This document shows, piece after piece, positions 60,541-64,000 of a stretch of DNA of 64,000 nucleotides. The notes beneath the pieces were generated by a model that worked only from the letters and a program-made list of their open reading frames with translations, had not been told where the DNA came from and searched no databases. A program made the position numbers and the translations under genes. The stretch's first letter is position 1, and the number at the start of each line of letters is the position of its first letter. The stretch lies in contig CM022677.1 in NCBI GenBank assembly GCA_012295275.1, positions 8,680,001 to 8,744,000 of the forward strand, in the 5' to 3' direction. The DNA is from Chrysomallon squamiferum. Its lineage: Eukaryota; Animalia; Mollusca.

Positions 60541-63500
60541 TAACAAAACTATTAATTGTAGAAGTAGCAACAACAAAAATTAACAATTATAAAGTTGCAT
60601 AAACATGAAACAAATCAAAACAAATTCAAATATTAGTTTTTAACAATTTCATTGCCTTGTCTGTATTGATAAAATGAAGCTGCTAAAGAGCTAAAATTCC
60701 ATAAATAAAAAAGTGACTAAGTGTTGTTATGAACTGCATCCTTGCATCTATATTGTAAAATTTCATTTACCCATAATTCAATTTTTTTTTTTGCCAGTTT
60801 AATCTTACTTCAGTATCATCCAGTCATATATTTAAGCAGCATAGAGATACTGCTGAATAATTTAACTGCATATTCATCTTTGTGTATGTGTGTGTGCACG
60901 CCCGTATGTGCTCCACATATACAAAACAAAACGTATCTATAGTATTTCATTCACCTTCTAAAAAGATTTATTGTAATCAAAGTATAAATGATACAAGTCA
61001 TAAATCTGAATTTAGAACAATTTAAAAATGACAACAGAACAAATTGAAATGGCTGAAAAATAAATTCAAATAAAAAAATAAATAATAATAAGCACAAATG
61101 TTTTTTTTTATTTCTTTCCCCCAGTGAGGAAACCAGGATATTAGAATGGAAAAAAAATAGCAGATACCTACAACTAAATGACATTAGGTACATATATTAA
61201 TGTGAAAAAGTTTTAATAACCATTCTCAATGCTGTTTCACAGTTACGAACCCTGGTTATGTACATTAGGGGATGATGCAAATTTTAAACAAAAGAAAAGG
61301 GTAACAATTAACCAAGATTCCAGATAACTGTGGTTGAAACCAAATTTATAAGCAAGTGCAAACTCAAGGTTCATAAAGAAGTGTATTAAGGTACCCATCT
61401 CAGCTTGGATTAGTTTCTAACCTGACTGAATTTTTGGTTTAGATAAACATTAGTCCAACTGGTTATTTCTCCATCATAATCAAGAAAATCCTTTTTATGT
61501 AAAAGCCAGAATTACGTTACATTACAGTATATACTGTACTGCATTGCATTGCATTGTGTTACATTATTTTACTTTAATTATATTTTATTCTATTATTTAT
61601 TTATTTTTTGTCAAGATATTTAGTGCTGATTCTGTATCTCACAAACACAAAAAATTGAAGTGATAACAACTGCTGTTTTATTTTTCTCCATTCAATGTAA
61701 TGTTGTTATTATTATTATTATTTTAATGTAAACTTTTTAATATTAACATGCAAGTTTGTTATACATTTATTTTAAAAATCTGACAACAATAATTTAAAAA
61801 TTAAGTTCGAAATCAAACAAGAATCATTAGAAGTTTTTAGTATTCAAAGAATATTCATCATTATAATCTATTACTCAATGCAATCCATTTTAAATTGTTA
61901 TTAGAATTGTTTTAATTATAAAGTCTCTAAATGATAAAATATGATATTCAACACACATTTTGCAATATGTTGCTCACTGGTAAGTGTAAGTAAATGTGGA
62001 ATTTGTAATTAAAACCTGACAGTTATTTATGAGCCTTGAGTCTCCAGTGTTAAACTTGGTAAAACAACTAACAGGTAATGTAAAGCCTGCATGCCAACAT
62101 CTAAAAATATCATCATCCTGCTTACGAATTGCCTCGGGAGCCTTTCCAATTAGATCTCCCTCGAGAGCCTCCTCGGCCTCGAAAGAACCGATTGTTCTGA
62201 TCACCTTGACCCCTGCTGTGCAACAGGAAAAAATGGCATACACTGTATCTCAGTCACATTAGCAGAGGTATGCCATAAAATGAATTTATATATATATATT
62301 TTTTTTTTTTCATTTTTATACACCAATTACAAAACAAGAGATACCAGTTGGCATGCTTGTTATATATGTAATATCATATATATATATATGCACAAACATA
62401 CACTACACATACATAATTTTATCATAATTTTCACATACACACAAACACATCTCTCAATGTGATTTAGATGAATTTATATGTTTTAATAATGTGTATATTA
62501 TTGAGATTTCTAGCCATCTGCATCTGAATATAATTTAGATGAATTTATCACACACACAATATATTGAAAATTTATGAATGCTGAGAGAAACTTCTTATAT
62601 ACCTAAATACAAACTGATCAATATATCCAGTTAAAAATATTATTCAGTTAACTGTATATACACTACATCCACATTTACCCATCCCAACCATCCTAAATTT
62701 TGGTAAACAACAGTTGTGTACAGCTCTCTGTGTCAGGAACATGCACACACGCTGATTTAAATCAAACTCACACAATCCCTCAAGTAGTCAAATGTACTTT
62801 CTTAATTAACTTTTCCTGTAGGTAATTCGCAGTTGTCTTTATTTATTAAATGTCAGAGGAGATAGTTACAAATTAGAAGTGATCCTGTGAATTAATGAAT
62901 GACAGTTAATACCAGAAGTGAATTACACACACTGATGGCTCTTATCACGATTAAAAAAAATTTCATACTACATTACAAATAATGAATTACAAACTACAGG
63001 TATAAAAAAAAAAAAATCAAATATTAATAATCTTATTTATTACATATTTTCAGTTTTATTTTATTTAATAAACATCATTAGATGTCTAAACTTGATGATG
63101 ATTAATTTTAAATCTCTGGTAAAATATTCTGCCTTATAAATCAAACCTATTCAACAAACGTGTGAAACTGACAAACTGTTGAAAACAAATTACCTAGTGA
63201 ATGTCATTCCCCTGCCCCCTCTGAAATCACCTCCTCCTCTGCGCATGCCTCTTCCTCCTGAATAATAAAATATAAAGTTTACTGTTACCATAGTACTGAT
63301 CTGAGACTATTCTATCCTTTGCGTTTCTCATTTCCTGGTATTACTACCAGTAAAAAGAGTTCTTACTTCAGAAAATATTGTAAGTACCATTAACATAAAT
63401 AATTAACAGAAAAAAAAAATCACACATTATTTTTTTTTATATAAAATCTGTAGACCGAATTAGATGATCAGATTCAAACATTCAGGTAAAAAGAAAAAAA

Positions 63501-63946
63501 AAAAAATGAAAAAAGATAAAATTATTACTACTAATAACACTAATAATTGTAATACTAGTGTAATAATAGTGTAATAATAAAAAGGAAAGGAAGAAACAAC
63601 AAAAGAAAAAGTTCTGTTATTTTTCGTCAAGTACACAATTATTTATTTACATTGCTCTATTTCAACACACACACACACACACACACATTATACAGAAGTT
63701 TTTGTTACTTGTATTTCGAAATCCACCTCTTTGCCCCTGACCTCTTGCAAACCCTCTTCCTCTCGGTTGGACAAAGCCTGCATCTCCACCGGGCTTGAAC
63801 CAGCCTCTTTGTGCCCCTCGCCCTCGCCGCATGCCAAACCCTCTCTGCATGCCTCGCCCACCTATCTGATCACCACCACGGCCTACAGCTGCCAAGTTCA
63901 GCCGTGCTTTGATGTTACCACGCCCAAGCCTCTGCTGGAGATTTCG
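59120..63946 (-). CDS. CHTOP: Chromatin target of PRMT1 (CHTOP/FOP), 3' part; 5' exons lie beyond the right edge
   Basis: Exons 63946-63709 ([18 protein letters not shown]...RG repeats), 63257-63194, optional 62215-62126, 59342-59120 (RG tract then [35 protein letters not shown]). The duplicated LD.QL..YM / LD.ELD.YM motif is the CHTOP C-terminal UAP56-binding (FoP duplication) signature. Confidence 0.92.
61394..61470 (-). pseudogene. Decayed duplicate of the CHTOP terminal exon inside the last intron
   Basis: Reverse complement AACCAGTTGGACTAATGTTTATCTAAACCAAAAATT...GAAACTAATCCAAGCTGAGATGGGT aligns to the terminal exon AACCAGTTGGAAGAGTACATGTCTAAAACAAAGAAC...GAAGCTAACCCAAGTTGAGATGGGT. Confidence 0.7.
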
Positions 63947-64000
63947 CTAGAAGAAATTAAAAGATGTTTTAAATCTCTTTTTCTTTCTCACACACACAAG

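Noticed and set aside
61974-62262. ORF-track proteins 61974-62243(-) and 62029-62262(+)
   Set aside because: Wrong frame or strand; the coding signal is the 90-nt RG exon of CHTOP.

Overview
AT-rich animal genomic DNA dense in microsatellites (AG, AAT, GATA, CATA, TAGTA). The texture suggests a mollusc, possibly a cephalopod, but that is inference. Most entries in the ORF track are microsatellite artefacts. By manually splicing GT-AG exons I reconstructed these genes, left to right: the 5' end of a type II membrane protein gene running off the left edge (-); a secreted GH114 endo-alpha-1,4-galactosaminidase-like gene (-); two tandem core-1 beta-1,3-galactosyltransferase (C1GALT1-like) genes (-); a second, divergent GH114 gene (+) with an altered catalytic acid; two tandem 11-exon M14A metallocarboxypeptidases (-) whose differences cluster at the S1' pocket; a Rieske-domain gene (RFESD-like, -) with a 17.3 kb intron; and the 3' part of CHTOP (-), including an RG exon missed by the ORF track and a decayed copy of its terminal exon. 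The most interesting element is the intron-containing GH114 pair, from a family best known in bacteria and fungi, bracketing the C1GalT genes as a possible alpha-GalN/GalNAc glycan module. No tRNA, rRNA, CRISPR array or transposase was recognised.
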